From Tubiluchus corallicola (Eukaryota > Animalia > Priapulida): DNA of 64,000 nt. This document shows, piece by piece, positions 38,815 through 52,819 of this stretch; within the stretch, counting starts at the first letter, position 1, and the number at the start of each line of letters is the position of its first letter. The translations under genes and the position numbers were made by a program. The stretch lies in assembly GCA_030141605.1 (NCBI GenBank), contig JAQGDQ010001010.1:1-64000 (forward strand), read 5' to 3'. The notes under the pieces are model-generated. The model worked only from the letters and a program-made list of their open reading frames with translations. It made no database searches and was not told the origin of the DNA.

Positions 38815-39875
38815 ATGGTAAATTTTTATAAACATGCATGACCAGCTTAGAGAGGCACAACCTCTACAGTATAGAACATTATGCACTAATTATTCATTTA
38901 ACAGAAGTGGAGTAGGTAATGAATAGCAGACCAGTAGAAAAAATTGATACAGTAAATTATGTATTTACAACAAGCCAAATAGGTAAAGATTAGGCAGATC
39001 TGTAGAGAAGAAATTGATACAATAACAAATGGCTAAGTGTTTGAAAATAAAGTTAAAGTAATTAATCATAATGCTTTATACATTAAGAGAAGGCTTATTA
39101 GGGTACATAGATAAACTTTCTTTTATTAGAATGTCCCAGTTATTTGCAGCTCTGACCACAATGCTGAAATTACTAAAATCCTTATTAAGACCAAAGCTAC
39201 AAATAACTAGGACATATTAATAAAAGAAAATTATCTATTGACCCTGATAAGCCTTCTCTTAATGCACAAAGCAATTAAATTCTTTCAACGTTACTCTAAA
39301 CCACTGCTATTTATTACTGTATTAATTTTGTTTTCTAAAGATTGCTTATTCATTACTAGGGGTAAGCATTCTCTATCAGAAAGCTAATTCGAATCGAATC
39401 GAATTTGTGACCTTCGAAGTCGAATTGAACCAAACTTAGGTATTTCGAATTTGAATATGAAAAGATTTTTGAATAAGATTTCGAATCAAGAGTAAAAATT
39501 AGTCTTACACAGAACATGCATATTACTCGATTTCGTTCTACAGTAAAACCACCAATAATTTGTTTAAAATTGTGCACCTAGTTAAATAAATCACAGCTAA
39601 ATTATGCTAATCGCTTGATGCTTCATTCGTTTTAATGATAAAGATCACATATGACTGAAATGCTGAAATATTCCAATCTATAGTTTTAGGTTCAAATCGA
39701 ATTCGAACTGAAAAAAACCGTTTAAATCGAATTCGAATGTTTGTATTCAATTTGAACTTCCGATGCCCACACAATTCATTACCTGTTTGGCTTCTCTTAA
39801 ACATGTAATTAATACATAACATTGTATACTGTTGGCTCTGCCTCTATAAACTCGTATGTTCGTTAAAACTTACCT
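38815..39875. mobile_element. Decayed foldback (long imperfect inverted repeat) with a MITE inserted in the right arm
   Basis: About 39080-39155 pairs with 39190-39265 (ttaagagaaggcttattagggt / accctgataagccttctcttaa); about 38815-38925 pairs with 39772-39875. Confidence 0.65.
39357..39770. mobile_element. MITE rich in ttcgaa sub-repeats; fuller copy at about 42729-43127, partial at about 38500-38655
   Basis: Shared agggg.gagcattctcta.cagaaagc start and gctcaccccta-like end. Confidence 0.8.
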
Positions 39876-41115
39876 TCGCTCACGACAGCAGTAGCTCTGT
39901 CAAATCGTTTGACATGATTTTTCATTACAGCTATTTAAAATCAAGGTCCCAGCTTGGCAGCCAGAGTGTTAGGTGTATTTTGTTAACTCAAAAGCTATTA
40001 TGAAAATGGAGATGTTTTGATCCTGAATTCTATGGCGGTTTATGTGGTTTCGCGTGCTCTCTCCACTTGTATGCACAACTGATGAGCTCTTCAACACTGT
40101 AACACCTTAATTAATTTTATTGTTCTTCAAAACTTACTTCAACATGTTCGTTCAAAATGATTTCCCTGTACAACAAACAGTCATTCAATTATTTGGATTC
40201 TTTTGCCACTCTTTCACCACTAATCATTGAGTAATCAATAATTATTTTTGCACTTTGTAATATTATTGTATGTTGTATAGATTTATAAATCTCTTAGTTA
40301 TGTAATTTGCTATTTTAAAATTGGTGATAAACTTATAAACTTACTTACTTATTTTCGGCAAACTACAGCAACTTTTAATATCCTCGTTTGAGATGTTCTA
40401 ATTTTTCATGTTCTCAAAGTTTTCCACTGTGGTTTGGCTCAGAACTCTATGGTTTGGCTAGAGATGTTTGTATAGGGCATCAAGTGACAGAACACTACCG
40501 TCCTTTCGGCTCTCTATTTCCTGCAGTCGCTTTGTAAGCTATCGTCTGCACGAGTGTTTTTGCTTTTTGTACATTGAATAATTGTCGTTAGTTACAGCGT
40601 ACTGGTAGCAGGATGTTCAATGGCAGTTGGTGTGCGGTATAAAATTGAATACAAGGAGGTGCGTTATAGTTTACATAAGAGACCAGTAGTACCTTTTTAG
40701 ACTTTTAAGTTTTGTAAGTTGTTAGCCTTGGTGTTCAGTGACGCCAGTTATTCAACTCTTACTCTTACTCTTACTTAGATTATTATATTATCATTAATGA
40801 CATTGTTAAATATACGTTATTTAGCATATATAAATAGCCACATTTTAAAAACATCTTTGAATAACAATAAAAATTTATTAAATACAGTCTGTTGGCTAAA
40901 AGCACTGTGAACGCCTCACTTTAAGTAAATTTAAGACTTCAGTGTTTCAGTTTGTTTAAAAAAACTTATTTAAATTCCATTTGATTAATTTAACATGATG
41001 TACTAATCATGCTGCATAATTTCCAAAAGTTTCTGGTGTCTGTCATTATTTATAACTAAAATTAAAAATTTAGCAGCACTGAGTACAGTACCATGTGCCG
41101 GTTTTTGCATGTTAC

Positions 41116-41230
41116 CTGCGGTCCTCTTTTTGTGCATATCTGATTTGATTCCTGTTAGAACAATATTCAAGTGGTAATCATAAGGTGGCAGCCATTTTGG
41201 CTAAGTACAATGAGGCGTTCTTCGTACCGC
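41116..41230 (-). promoter_or_regulatory. Candidate first non-coding exon / TSS region of the POMGnT1-like gene
   Basis: Minus-strand YY1-like AAAATGGCTGC (41188-41198) followed by a GCAG|gtaaca donor; no transcript evidence. Confidence 0.3.
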
Positions 41231-44158
41231 TTTTCACCATTTTCAACAGAAATTAGTCCAGAGGCCTGTTAAGTAACCACTTTGTGTAATAATCTACTTG
41301 TTTTGCTACTAAAGTCAACATCTATTGCTTGTTTAACATCATAAAGTCAATAATTAATACAATTTTGCCAATTTTGCACTTCTGAGGTATGCATTCATAT
41401 GTCTGTCCGTTGTGTCAACAACTGTTTTTTAGACCTTTTAGTGGTTTTTACAAAAAATAAAAATAACTCAAGTTTAATAACTACTTTGTCCTGATGTTAG
41501 TGCCGTTGTATAATGCAAAAAAGGTGAAACTACACTTAGTTTGCAATATATACATGAGCGTAGACCCAAGTGTGTATGTCTGTCCAGTACGCCAACAAAA
41601 GCAAACAGCCTTCTGGCTTGAGTTCAGTCATCTGTTTTGTGAAAAATATAGAATTCCTCATACATGTTATGAGAAATATGGAGCATGCATACGAACTATT
41701 ATTAGTTAGAAAAGCAGAATTGATATCAGTAGGCTGTTTTTTTTGTTAAATATGCCAAAACAGGTGGCTTAAAGGGCTAAATTTATTAATGAAACTTAGT
41801 ATATTCACGAATCTTGACATATTGGCTTCTTATCTATGCTTGCAGTCCCATGATATCATCAAAAACTAAGCTTTTTAGTAAAACTATGTTAATTTAATTT
41901 AGAAAATGAAATTAAGGTTTGATAACTTGGTTTATTTTTATTTAAAAAACGTAAAAAGTGTTACAAATTATGCATTACAACAAAAATTAAGTTAGTTTTA
42001 TATAATTTGTATTTCCATGTCACTGAAGCACTTCTGCAGCTAACAACCTACTGATGTTTGAAAAGCAAACTATGCTAAATATTTGTTAATGTTTAAACTG
42101 TTAGAAAAGCATTTTAACATGAAAGACTTATCGTCTCTCTTATACAGCCGAGAAATACATGATTTTCTTAAAATTGTTGTAACTTTGTAACTTTTCATCT
42201 AATTTATAAACCAAATGTAGTTTTATGAAGTACAGAAGAGTTTTTTAGATTTAATAGATTTATTTCGCAATAAACATATACATATACATTACATGTGCAT
42301 CGATAATCAGTTTTTGTTAATACAAAAATATGATACAATTCATGAATTCTGCGCTAGAGACCTAAGAAGCTAGCTTATGGTAGCTTTCATTTTCTATATC
42401 ATACAAACACCTACGTGAAATTTTTTCCCTCACGGTGGCGAAATTTGGAGCCATTCGCTGGGCTTTTACCCTATTGTAATTTTTACATTGTATATTGGGG
42501 GTCCTTAGTTTGTCACGTGTGCTGTGTGTTAAGCATGCGCATATATGCATTGCATACTTTATTGTGTTTTTGTACTTCTCTTTGACTTGTACATTTTTTT
42601 TATAAGTAAATAAGCCCAGGAGAAGTTGTTACTTGTACAAATTGTGCTTGCTGAGGGTAAACCCATGAGATGCATCTTTAATTCCCCGTTAAAACAACAA
42701 GTTAAGGAAAAACCGGATGATTGATTAGTAGGGGTGAGCATTCTCTACCAGAAAGCGAATTCGACTCGAACCGAATTTGTGACTTTCGAATTTGAATCGA
42801 ACCGAACTTCAGTGTTTCGAATTCGAACCGAATTCGAATTGAGATTGAAAGATTTTCGAACTAGTTTTCGAACCACCAGTAAAAATTAGTCTTACAAAGA
42901 TCATGCATGTCACTAGATTTTGTTCTGTAATAAAACGACTAGTAATTGGTATAAAATTGTGTGCAGAAATCACTGCTAAATCACGCTAATTGCATGATGT
43001 TTCTATCGGTTTAGTGATAAAGAACATATGTGATTGAAGTGCTGAATTATTCGAATCTATAGTTTTGGATTCGAATCGAGTTCGAACTAAACAAACTCGT
43101 TCGAATCGAATTTGAGCGTTCACCCCAACTGATTAGACACAATCTCATTTTGATTTGCTGTCCAAAAATACGTTTTCTTGAATAATTACCTTGCAAAGTT
43201 AATCAACAGCAACTGAGCGTTAGCCATTGCTTACATCACAAACTATCCACGGTTTGTGCAATAGTAGGCATCTTCCCTGCACGTCAAGCGAAGATTGCTA
43301 TAAGATCCTGATGTGATGTCATGAAAATAATCTGTACGTGACACTGATGTCACAGACGAACACCGTAGCTCATGACCACGCTTATCACGATTTTGAACAG
43401 GAAAAACATTTCATGAGCTACTGTTCAACATTCAGTGTAATATACAAAAACTTGTCAAGTTTTAAGATAAAAATTCAAATTTAAATTTAGCGTGCTGCAC
43501 GCATGAGCTGTCGAACGAGTGTAGTTATGTCACAAACTAACACATCTGAACTGTGAGGTTTGGCATCTGTTTTTTGTGCAAAGCATTTCCGAAATGTAGG
43601 CACCAAAGCCCGTCTGACTAGCGAATAGCGAAATGCATGTAACTGTGAAGAACTAGCGGCGCGAACGTGAAATTGTGTGGTAATAATTCCTTCACGTAAG
43701 TCATTTTTGAAAAAAAAGTATGTTTTCTTTCAATATTTTAAAAAGTAGACTGTTTTGAGATTGGATTCTGTTTTGCTTTAAAATTTTATACTACTGTTTT
43801 GTGCTTTATAAACCTGTGTTGCAATTTATTTTGATAAATTAAATAAGTGTAGCTTTTAGAAATATTTTTTTTTGAGATTCATCATTCATTTTGTATATCA
43901 ATACTGTTTCTCTCAGTTATTTTATATGATAATTATGTTATTATGAATACATGAAAAAGTCTCTTAAAAGTTAGAACTTGGTGGGTTGTTTATTCTTGTT
44001 AATTTCATAAACGTTAGTTTTCTGTGTCCATTAATTTCACTGTTTTTCTTTATTATTATTATTATTATTATTTTATTTCATTATTTCTTTAATTGCTATC
44101 ATTAATTAATGTAAGTTTTGTCAGTGCTGCACTTTGAAAGCTTTATCTTTTGCCAGTA

Positions 44159-44667
44159 CAGTGAACCTCGAGTATAAGGTACTCGCTTATAAGGGGCACT
44201 CGCTTATAAGGGACACTCACTTTTAAGGGACCACCAACACCAGTTTTGATTTTTTGTAACGTTTTTCCTACGTAAAAATCTTCGTATATAAGGTACTCGG
44301 ATATAAGGGACTTTCGGTTATAAAGGACGATATTTTCAGGTCCCGAGTAATAGAAACCCAGGTAAATTACCTCGCATATAAGGGACCCTATGATCAAAGC
44401 GAAATTGATCGATTTTTAACCTCAATTTTTCACAAACTCGGCTTTCGAACAGCCCGGTTTTCGCGGTCACATGCATCACTGAAGGAGCTTCCTACGTACC
44501 TTTTGCACTGAATGTGTAGCAATAATCCATAAAAATATGGGTAAAAATACAGAAAAGTACAGGTCTAGATACACCCTCGGTCCGACTCAACTTCGGCTAT
44601 AAAGGACATCGGATATAAGGGACGGTTTTTCTGGTTCACAGGTGCCCCTTATATCCGAGGTTGACTG
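44159..44667. mobile_element. pogo/Tigger-type MITE, homolog of 23291-23737
   Basis: TA-cagtgaacctcg ... cgaggttgactg-TA. Confidence 0.88.
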
Positions 44668-45609
44668 TATATGTTGCAACACTTCGTACAGCCGATGATC
44701 TGTTGGTTTGTTTTCATTATTTTTTCTTCATTCTTTTTCAGTTGCAGAGCAATGAGAAAGTTGCAGGAGTCATTCGATTTGAGGCTGCCGATTGTTTCCC
44801 TGGAGCGTATTACCTGCGCATGCTGTAAGTTTGCAAGTTTACTCCTGCCTTATAAACGAGTAAAATAAATTTCGATTTCCACAACTCGCGTTTGATCAGC
44901 GGTGTAGCAAGTGCTTGTGGTGCCCGGGAGCAAAAGACTTCTGGCGCCCTACCCCTTTAAAATGTTTTGATCATTTATTTCGCGGGTGAAGCCAGAAATC
45001 CTGCACGTTTTTTGCTCCTCTGAGCTCAATTTTTTAACAACTTTTTAACTTCAAACTCCAAGGGTACTAAAATCATTTAAATTAAAATAGCTAACTTACA
45101 ATGAGTACTTTCTGAAAGAATAAAAATACTAAGATTAACTATTTGTTCAAGTATTCATTGTGTTTTGTAGCAAAAGAAGCAAACTGAACAATTAAATCTA
45201 CTAACAGCTGCAATAAAACCATTTAAAATAAACCCTTAAAGTTGTAAACCGTTTAACAAAGTGCTTAAATAGTTTATCAGTTTTATAAACAGAAGGGCAG
45301 CTCCATGGTTAGGGTGGTAAAATGATTTCTTCTTTTAATTTTGTTTTACTTTTCTGCCGCTTTATGTTGACGGTGTTTTTAATACGAACATAAATGCACG
45401 TTCAACATAGCGGCAGTGATGTAGCAAGTGCTTGTGGTGCTCGGGGGGAAAAAACTTCTGGTGCCCTACCCCTTTAAAAAGTTTTGATCATTTATTTCAT
45501 GGAAGAAGCCAGAAATTGTCTGCGTTTTGTGTCTCTGAGCCCGACGTTCCTATTACGACATGATGGGATGAATGGACTTTGATAACCTGGAACTCATTGC
45601 TAAACAATT

Positions 45610-46055
45610 TAGTTCAGTTTAAACATAATTTATTTAGGATTGGATCAGACTGTTTGTACAACATGATTTAGGATCCTCATCACAACAGACTTTATACACT
45701 ATTTACAAGAACATTTACAGTAAGAATAGACTCTACTTAGTTTTTAGTATACTTTAGTATACTAAAGTTTTACTACAGTGATACATTAGACATTAGTAGA
45801 AAATGACGGTTAGTAAATATTAATGTACGATTATTTAAGAATGATGCATTTTATATCAGATAGAAACTACTGGAAGCGTTTAGTACGTAATATAAAGTCA
45901 TGTATACATTGGAATATTTTACAGTTAGTAACATAGTTAAATTCATCTTTACCGAATAATAACAACTTCAACAGATCATTATTTCCTAAGACAGCTACAT
46001 TAAGGTTTTCGGGCAGAAGTATTGCATTTAATTTATCAAACCAGTGGTTCAATGG
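45610..46055 (-). mobile_element. CR1-type LINE 3' end
   Basis: LLLFG..EFN..TN.KIFQCIHDFILRTKRF C-terminus followed by an AT-rich 3' UTR. Confidence 0.7.
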
Positions 46056-46924
46056 TTTTAAGTTGCAAAAACAACTGCTGTAACAACTAGGGCATGCAAC
46101 AAGTTGCCCCGGTTTCCCCTACTTATCCTAACTCTCCATTGACGTATAACCTCAACGTATCATCTTTTAATGTTATCAGTATGGAGTTTTCCTCTTGGTA
46201 ATAAGAAATTAGAGTGTGAAATTTGGGCAGCCTCACACTTGCATCTGGTTTGATTCACTGAAAAATAAAAAAAGTGCTGCTAAAATAAGCATTGCAATGT
46301 ACTTCTCTCTACATGCCGTTAATTTTTGGCGCCCTCCCCTTTTAACGTTTTGATCATTTGCTTCATGGGTGAAGCCACTAATTATGTGTAATCTGTTGCG
46401 TCCCTCAGCCCGACTTTCCTGTTTCGACATGATGGGATAAAGATAAACGAATTTTCTAAGAATTCATCTCTGAGACTGATTTGTGGTACAGCAGCAGAGT
46501 AACTCTTTTCCATGCATCAGTTGCTCATAACACGACAGTCATTAAACATTCAGCTCCAGCATTAAATCATGTAAATATTAAGAAATATGCAGAACACTTC
46601 AGGTTTTCACAATGATACAATCAGCATTTACAGAAACGTCACTATTTCTTCCAAAATTATCAATCTGCTAAGCCAAACACCACCCTACATTCGCTGCTAA
46701 GTAACAACATTAACCTGTTTGCTAGGCCGTATGTAGTAATTAAGTCAGCTACGATGATCTCTGATTAAGCAATTTTGTTGTAGTTTGAAAACTTTGTTAA
46801 TTATTTTGTTAATGTCGGATTAGTAACTAATAATTAACAAAAAAAATTTGCATCCTCTCACCCTTGCGCCCAGCGGCGTTTACCCCCTTTCGACCCCCCC
46901 CTCTTGTTACGCCTCTACGATCGA

Positions 46925-47183
46925 TTTACAAAATGGCTTCGCGTTTGTCTCTCGTTTAAAATAAAAATGGCGTATTCGTTCGATTATAAAAATTGCCAAT
47001 AAAATCCGCAAGAGGTCGTTACCCGGCCACTCAACCGTCGCAAATTAATGAAACTATATTTCTAAGAGATAATTTATGAAAATTCATAGTTTTTTATGGC
47101 TATGGCTGTGCGAGGCGTCGTTGGAGACTTTTATCCCTGGATAAAATGTGGTTTTACTATAACCTCCGTTTAGCAAGCTGAAT
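46925..47183 (+). promoter_or_regulatory. Candidate promoter / 5' UTR of the lectin-EGF gene
   Basis: Locally CpG-richer unique sequence with two YY1-like AAAATGGC motifs (46930, 46964) upstream of a candidate ATG exon. Confidence 0.3.
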
Positions 47184-47205
47184 ATGCTTTTAAAAAGAGA
47201 GGGGG
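47184..47205 (+). CDS. Candidate first coding exon of the lectin-EGF gene (MLLKREG)
   Basis: ATG then G|gtgaga donor; phase 1 joins 47479 to give a plausible signal peptide. Confidence 0.4.
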
Positions 47206-47478
47206 GTGAGATTTAATGATTAATTTGCACAAGATCTAGCAAGATTTATGAAAATCATATTTCAGCTACGATGATCTCTGATTAAGCAATTTTGTTGTAG
47301 TTTGAAAACTTTTGTTAATTGTTTTGTTAATGTCGGATTAGTAATTAACAATTAACAGTCATTGAACTCTAGAAAAATTTTGCGTCCTCTCTCCCTTGCA
47401 CCCGGGGACAGTTGTGCCCTGTCGCCCCCACCTTGCTGTGCCTCTGCATTTGATAATTGCTGCTGTTATTTTTTGTAG

Positions 47479-47586
47479 GGCTGAACAGCGTTGCATTGCG
47501 AGCCGTGTTAATTGTTCTTCTGTCTTGTGCAAGATACGGTGAAAGTAAAGCACCGTTGAAAGTTAAGGTTATCTCTACGTCTTACA
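47479..47586 (+). CDS. Candidate signal-peptide exon (LNSVALRAVLIVLLSCARYGESKAPLKVKVISTSY)
   Basis: ttttttgtag / gtaagt, 108 nt, phase 1-1, open frame with hydrophobic core. Confidence 0.6.
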
Positions 47587-48734
47587 GTAAGTTATGAATT
47601 GGTAAAAAACCTTTTTTGCTCGACAGTTTTGTAATTAGATTAGCAGTTTTGTTATTGCAATACAGTAGTCGCCACAGCGAGATTCCATTTTGCTTTGAAA
47701 TCAACACTAATATTCAAGGGCGCATCAAGACTTTACGATGCCCTAGACTGGTAATTCTGTCCCGCCCATCATTATTGTGAGTTTATGGTTGTTTATGTAA
47801 TGAGCAGTTTAAACAATTACTTGTGGTGTCTTAGAAACACTATTAACCTAGTTTCTAACGTGGTTATTATTAATTACATGTATATGCATGATGCTTATAT
47901 TCAAGCAGGCTGCGTAACTGCCTGTTGTGTAATACCTTGCACCTGTTCGTTATGTGGCAGTTACATAGAAGCTGCTCTCAGTAACTGCTTGTGGTGTGTT
48001 ATAAAATGCGCCCTTTACATGAATAAGAAAGTATACACATTTTCCAAGGAAAATAAGATTTTTTTTTAAAATGTGACACTCCTCAAACTTTGGCGCCCCA
48101 GGCTATAGCCTAGTTAGTTAATTGGTTAATGCGCCCCTACTAGTACTGACTAGAGTTTCAGTTTTTGTTGTCTAAAACTAGTTTTCTTGTATGCGCGATG
48201 GTTTTGTTCTCTTGTTTATTAATTGCAGTGATTGTCTAAATTCTATTAAAACAATTGCACCTGTACTTTGCTGTGTTGTTAGAAAATTAGGCTGACCAGT
48301 GGCGGCTCGTAGATAAGATTAGTGGGGGTGTACTGCTTCAGAAAATCTTTACCACTGTCTTCATACTGTGTAAAATAGTGTTGAAGTTCACTTACAGTAT
48401 ACGTGAGGACGGGAGGACAACGGTAAATTTGAAATTTAAATTTTTATCTTAAAACTTGCCTAGTTTTAGTACAACATGCCGAATATCTTACAGTAGCACT
48501 TTTCGTCTTTCAATTTTTGTTTTCGCAAACACGTGCAACACGCTCGTGGAAGGTTTTTGCTGTTGAAAATTATGTTAGTTCGTGATGTCATCAATAGTTG
48601 GGCTCGCCCGCCTTTAATTAAGTATTTAATCCATTATGTAATTATCAGAAACGCGTTTGCAATATTAATCGTGTTAATGGAATATTTTTGATAATGAAAG
48701 TTATGTTAGTTTGTGGTTTATATGGTTTATGTAC

Positions 48735-49535
<801 letters not shown>

Positions 49536-49622
49536 TCTAATATTAATCGTGTTAATGGAATATTTTTCCTATTGTTTTAGAAGCATTAGCAGATGCACGT
49601 ATAATCTTATTGATTGTCTTAG

Positions 49623-49940
49623 GTCAGACTTATGTCAGCCAACTCTCATTAACAGTATGTCTCGACCAATCAGGCATTCTGACATGTCAAAATGACATTA
49701 TAAAGCTGAGGAAGGTCCAGTTTGGACGCCTTAGTGACGTATCTACGTGCGCTCCTGCGAGGAAATCTTCCAAATGCCCTCTCCAGGATATTCCTCCATT
49801 TCAAAACATGCACACGCTGGAGAGGAAGTGCAACAACGTCACTACTTGCACGATTGAAGCCAGTCGGGCCGTGATGGGAAGGTGCCCGAAGACTGAAGGA
49901 GAAACAAACCCGTATGCGGTCATCTCGTACGATTGCACAC
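49623..49940 (+). CDS. SUEL/galactose-rhamnose-binding lectin-like domain exon 1 (alternative in-frame acceptor at 49581)
   Basis: 8-Cys pattern C..L.C..I....FGR....C...C....L...CN....C.I.AS....G.CP....Y..ISYDC; C|gtaagt, phase 1. Confidence 0.85.
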
Positions 49941-50159
49941 GTAAGTTCTTTTTCAGGCTTTATTGGCTGTATTGTTGTGCTCAAGGGGGGGGGGGTGGCG
50001 TCGCTGTGGGGAGGGGGGTCCTGCGGGTGACACTGTAAATGTAAGTGTATTTCGTGGATGTGGGGCATTAGGCTAAATAGTGTGATGGATTTCTTGCCTA
50101 GAGTTCCTTTCTTCTTCTGTTTCTGCCTTGCTACGTATACCTGTACTTTTACCAAACCT

Positions 50160-50641
50160 TGTTGTTGTTGTTGGCATCCTTCTGTCTCAGAAGACAATGG
50201 AATGTGCGCAAAGAGAGTCTCCAGGGCAAGGTGTATGGAGATCCTGAGTTGCCCAGGCCGCAGGAACCCGCTCTTTTACTCTCTGGTGTAGTCCAAAGGA
50301 AAGCGGAGCGATACGTTTGCCACCAGGTTGGCTGGTGGAGTCAGTGAGCATGCTGCACTGGTCCGCCTTCGGGGCTCCACTCCTGATTTGGAAGGTTTAT
50401 TCCTCTACACCTCTCCTCCTCTCTTCCATGGCCGTTGGGTCACTTGATCTCCTCCGCCCTCTAGCCGTTGGCTGCTTGCGCAGCTCCTCCGCCTAGTGTC
50501 GAGATACAGTGTGGGCATCCCGCAAACCTACAGCACCTGGTATTCCTAGGCGGTCACCCATCCAAGCACTAGCCAGGCTCTACGTTGCTTAACTTTGGTG
50601 ATCAGACAAGAACCGGTGTTTTCAACATGATTTGGCCGTAG
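50160..50641 (-). mobile_element. 5S rRNA-headed retroposon with (CAA)n tail and 13-bp TSD
   Basis: TSD ttttaccaaacct at 50147-50159 and 50642-50654; 5S head fused to the body also seen at 28548. Confidence 0.92.
50524..50641 (-). pseudogene. Nearly full-length 5S rRNA-derived sequence (head of the retroposon)
   Basis: CTACGGCCA..GTTGAAAACACCGGTTCT.GTC.GATCACC.AAGTTAAGCAACGT..AGT.CTTGGATGGGTGACCGCCT.GGAATACC.GGTGCTGTAGGTTT. Confidence 0.9.
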
Positions 50642-50812
50642 TTTTACCAAACCTACTCTGGCATTATTTGCTCGTGTTGCATAGATAACTTTGATATTGC
50701 CCACAGATAAGTTATACGAATGTGTGCCTTGATGCTACCAATTTTTACTGGACTGTATTTGGTCATTTAACAGTTTAATGCAATTGTTTCCAAACTTTTT
50801 ATGCCATTGACC

Positions 50813-51279
50813 CAGGGATGACAAATTTCCGCGGATACGTGGAATTCCGAGTTTTTGGAAGACCAGTAGTGCCATTTTTGTAAATGGCGTAAATTTGTTA
50901 AGAAAATTTTTACGGACCCTTACATTATTTCACAAGCTGACTGCTTGTTGGCAGGCCGTCACTTTGTTTACATCATGTACATCAGTGTAACCACGTGTAT
51001 ATCTCTATGTATAAAAATATAGAATCAATTGTGCGTAGTTATTTGAGTCAATTGCAGACAGTTTTTATATACTTTTGCATAGGAGCGGCCAGTACTTAGG
51101 TGTTTTTGAGACAATTAGGTATCATGTATCCTTGATAGTTGGGTATTTTAATTTATGCACGAAACAAGGTAACTGATATCTTAAGTCCACTTAGAGGTTC
51201 TCTATGGTCACAAAATTGCAATTTGTTGCTGCCTACGGCCTGTTTCGGAGTTTTTTGCAATTTGTCATTCTCATCCCTG
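50813..51279. mobile_element. hAT-like MITE (cagggatg...catccctg); partial copies at about 30085-30270 and 33630-33740
   Basis: 8-bp near-TSD cattgacc / cactgacc. Confidence 0.82.
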
Positions 51280-51957
51280 CACTGACCTCTTCATTTGATT
51301 TCTTATCGACCTCCAGGCATGTACAAAAAAAATAAATATCGCAATGTAATTGTGATATTTTTATTGCAATTTTCGCCACCAGAGGCGCAGGCGCAGGTTC
51401 ATGCTCAATGGCGGCCTAGTCAAATGTTCGTTTTGTGTACAATTTATTTAATTATTTCCTACGCAACCGCACTTGTTTGCTAAGAACCACAACGACCGCA
51501 CTTATTTTCTATGCAGAGCCGCACATATTTACTTACTTGCGATGCAACTGCACTTATTTACTTTTTTTCCTACACATATTTCTCTAAGCTCGAATTTATT
51601 AATACAAGAGTCTAAGTAAAATTCAGAATTTTTCACACCTCCAGCACAAAATATTGAACATAATGTTGGGATTTCAATACGAAAGTGTTTAAACTTATTA
51701 AACTACGTGGAAACTCATCAAAATAAATAAATATGTCTCATGAAATAAGAATCGATTATCCATTCCTTTTTGACTCTCAGCGTTTATCGATTCCTTTTTG
51801 ACCCCCAGGTATTTACCGACCCATTCGATAGTCTCATCGTCCCCGGGAGTCGACATCGACCACTTCGGTGACCCTTGGTTTAATGTCATTCTCCTGTGTG
51901 ATTTATATCACAAGGTGTGTGGCAACTTGAGAGAATTTATTGCAATTATTGTTACAG

Positions 51958-52293
51958 GAAAAGTTGTCAGGCAAAAAAAGAAAGCTGCGCCGTTTTGCGA
52001 AAACGATCTGAGGGATTTGACTTGCGGCAAAGTGGCCACGATCGAAGTGACCAACGTCGCATTCGGGGCAAGTTCTATAAGTGACAAGAGATGTGGAAAG
52101 TCAACCGGACAGTCGACATATTGTGTGATGAAAGACATCGACGAGAAGTACTTGCAGAAAATTAAAGATGCGTGTGACGGCGTGTACTCTTGTCGAATGA
52201 ATCTCAGGAGTTTGATACCGGATGTTTTCACTCTGGGAGTGTATAAAACCTGTAAAAATCTAAAGCATGCGGACATCAGTTACACCTGTCAGA
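51958..52293 (+). CDS. SUEL/galactose-rhamnose-binding lectin-like domain exon 2
   Basis: gttacag / gtaagc, 336 nt, phase 1-1; CEN....LTC....IEV....FG.....C....C....IKDACDG..SC....C...K...ISYTC. Confidence 0.88.
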
Positions 52294-52605
52294 GTAAGCG
52301 TTGTTGGTGATTAAAAGTAGTAACTTTTTATGCAGATGATCAAAATGTACTATTAGGTGTCTGAAAACGTTTTTCTTGAACAAGTTAGTTTGCAGTTTTC
52401 ATGAAAAAATGTTCCGATAGGGTAATGTTCTGGTTTGCACCATTAATTTGCATTATAGTCACTGAAGTAATGCATTATGATTACTGAAGCGTATAATGCA
52501 AGCAACAATTTATATGGATATCATATGAAGAATTTCTGAAGGTAATTGCTAAGACACTAGAATACAGATGAGCTTTATTTATATAAATCGTTAACAACAC
52601 TATAC

Positions 52606-52812
<207 letters not shown>

Positions 52813-52819
52813 TTATCTC

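Noticed and set aside
50524-50641. Functional 5S rRNA gene
   Set aside because: Single copy with several substitutions, missing the first nucleotides, and embedded in a TSD-flanked retroposon
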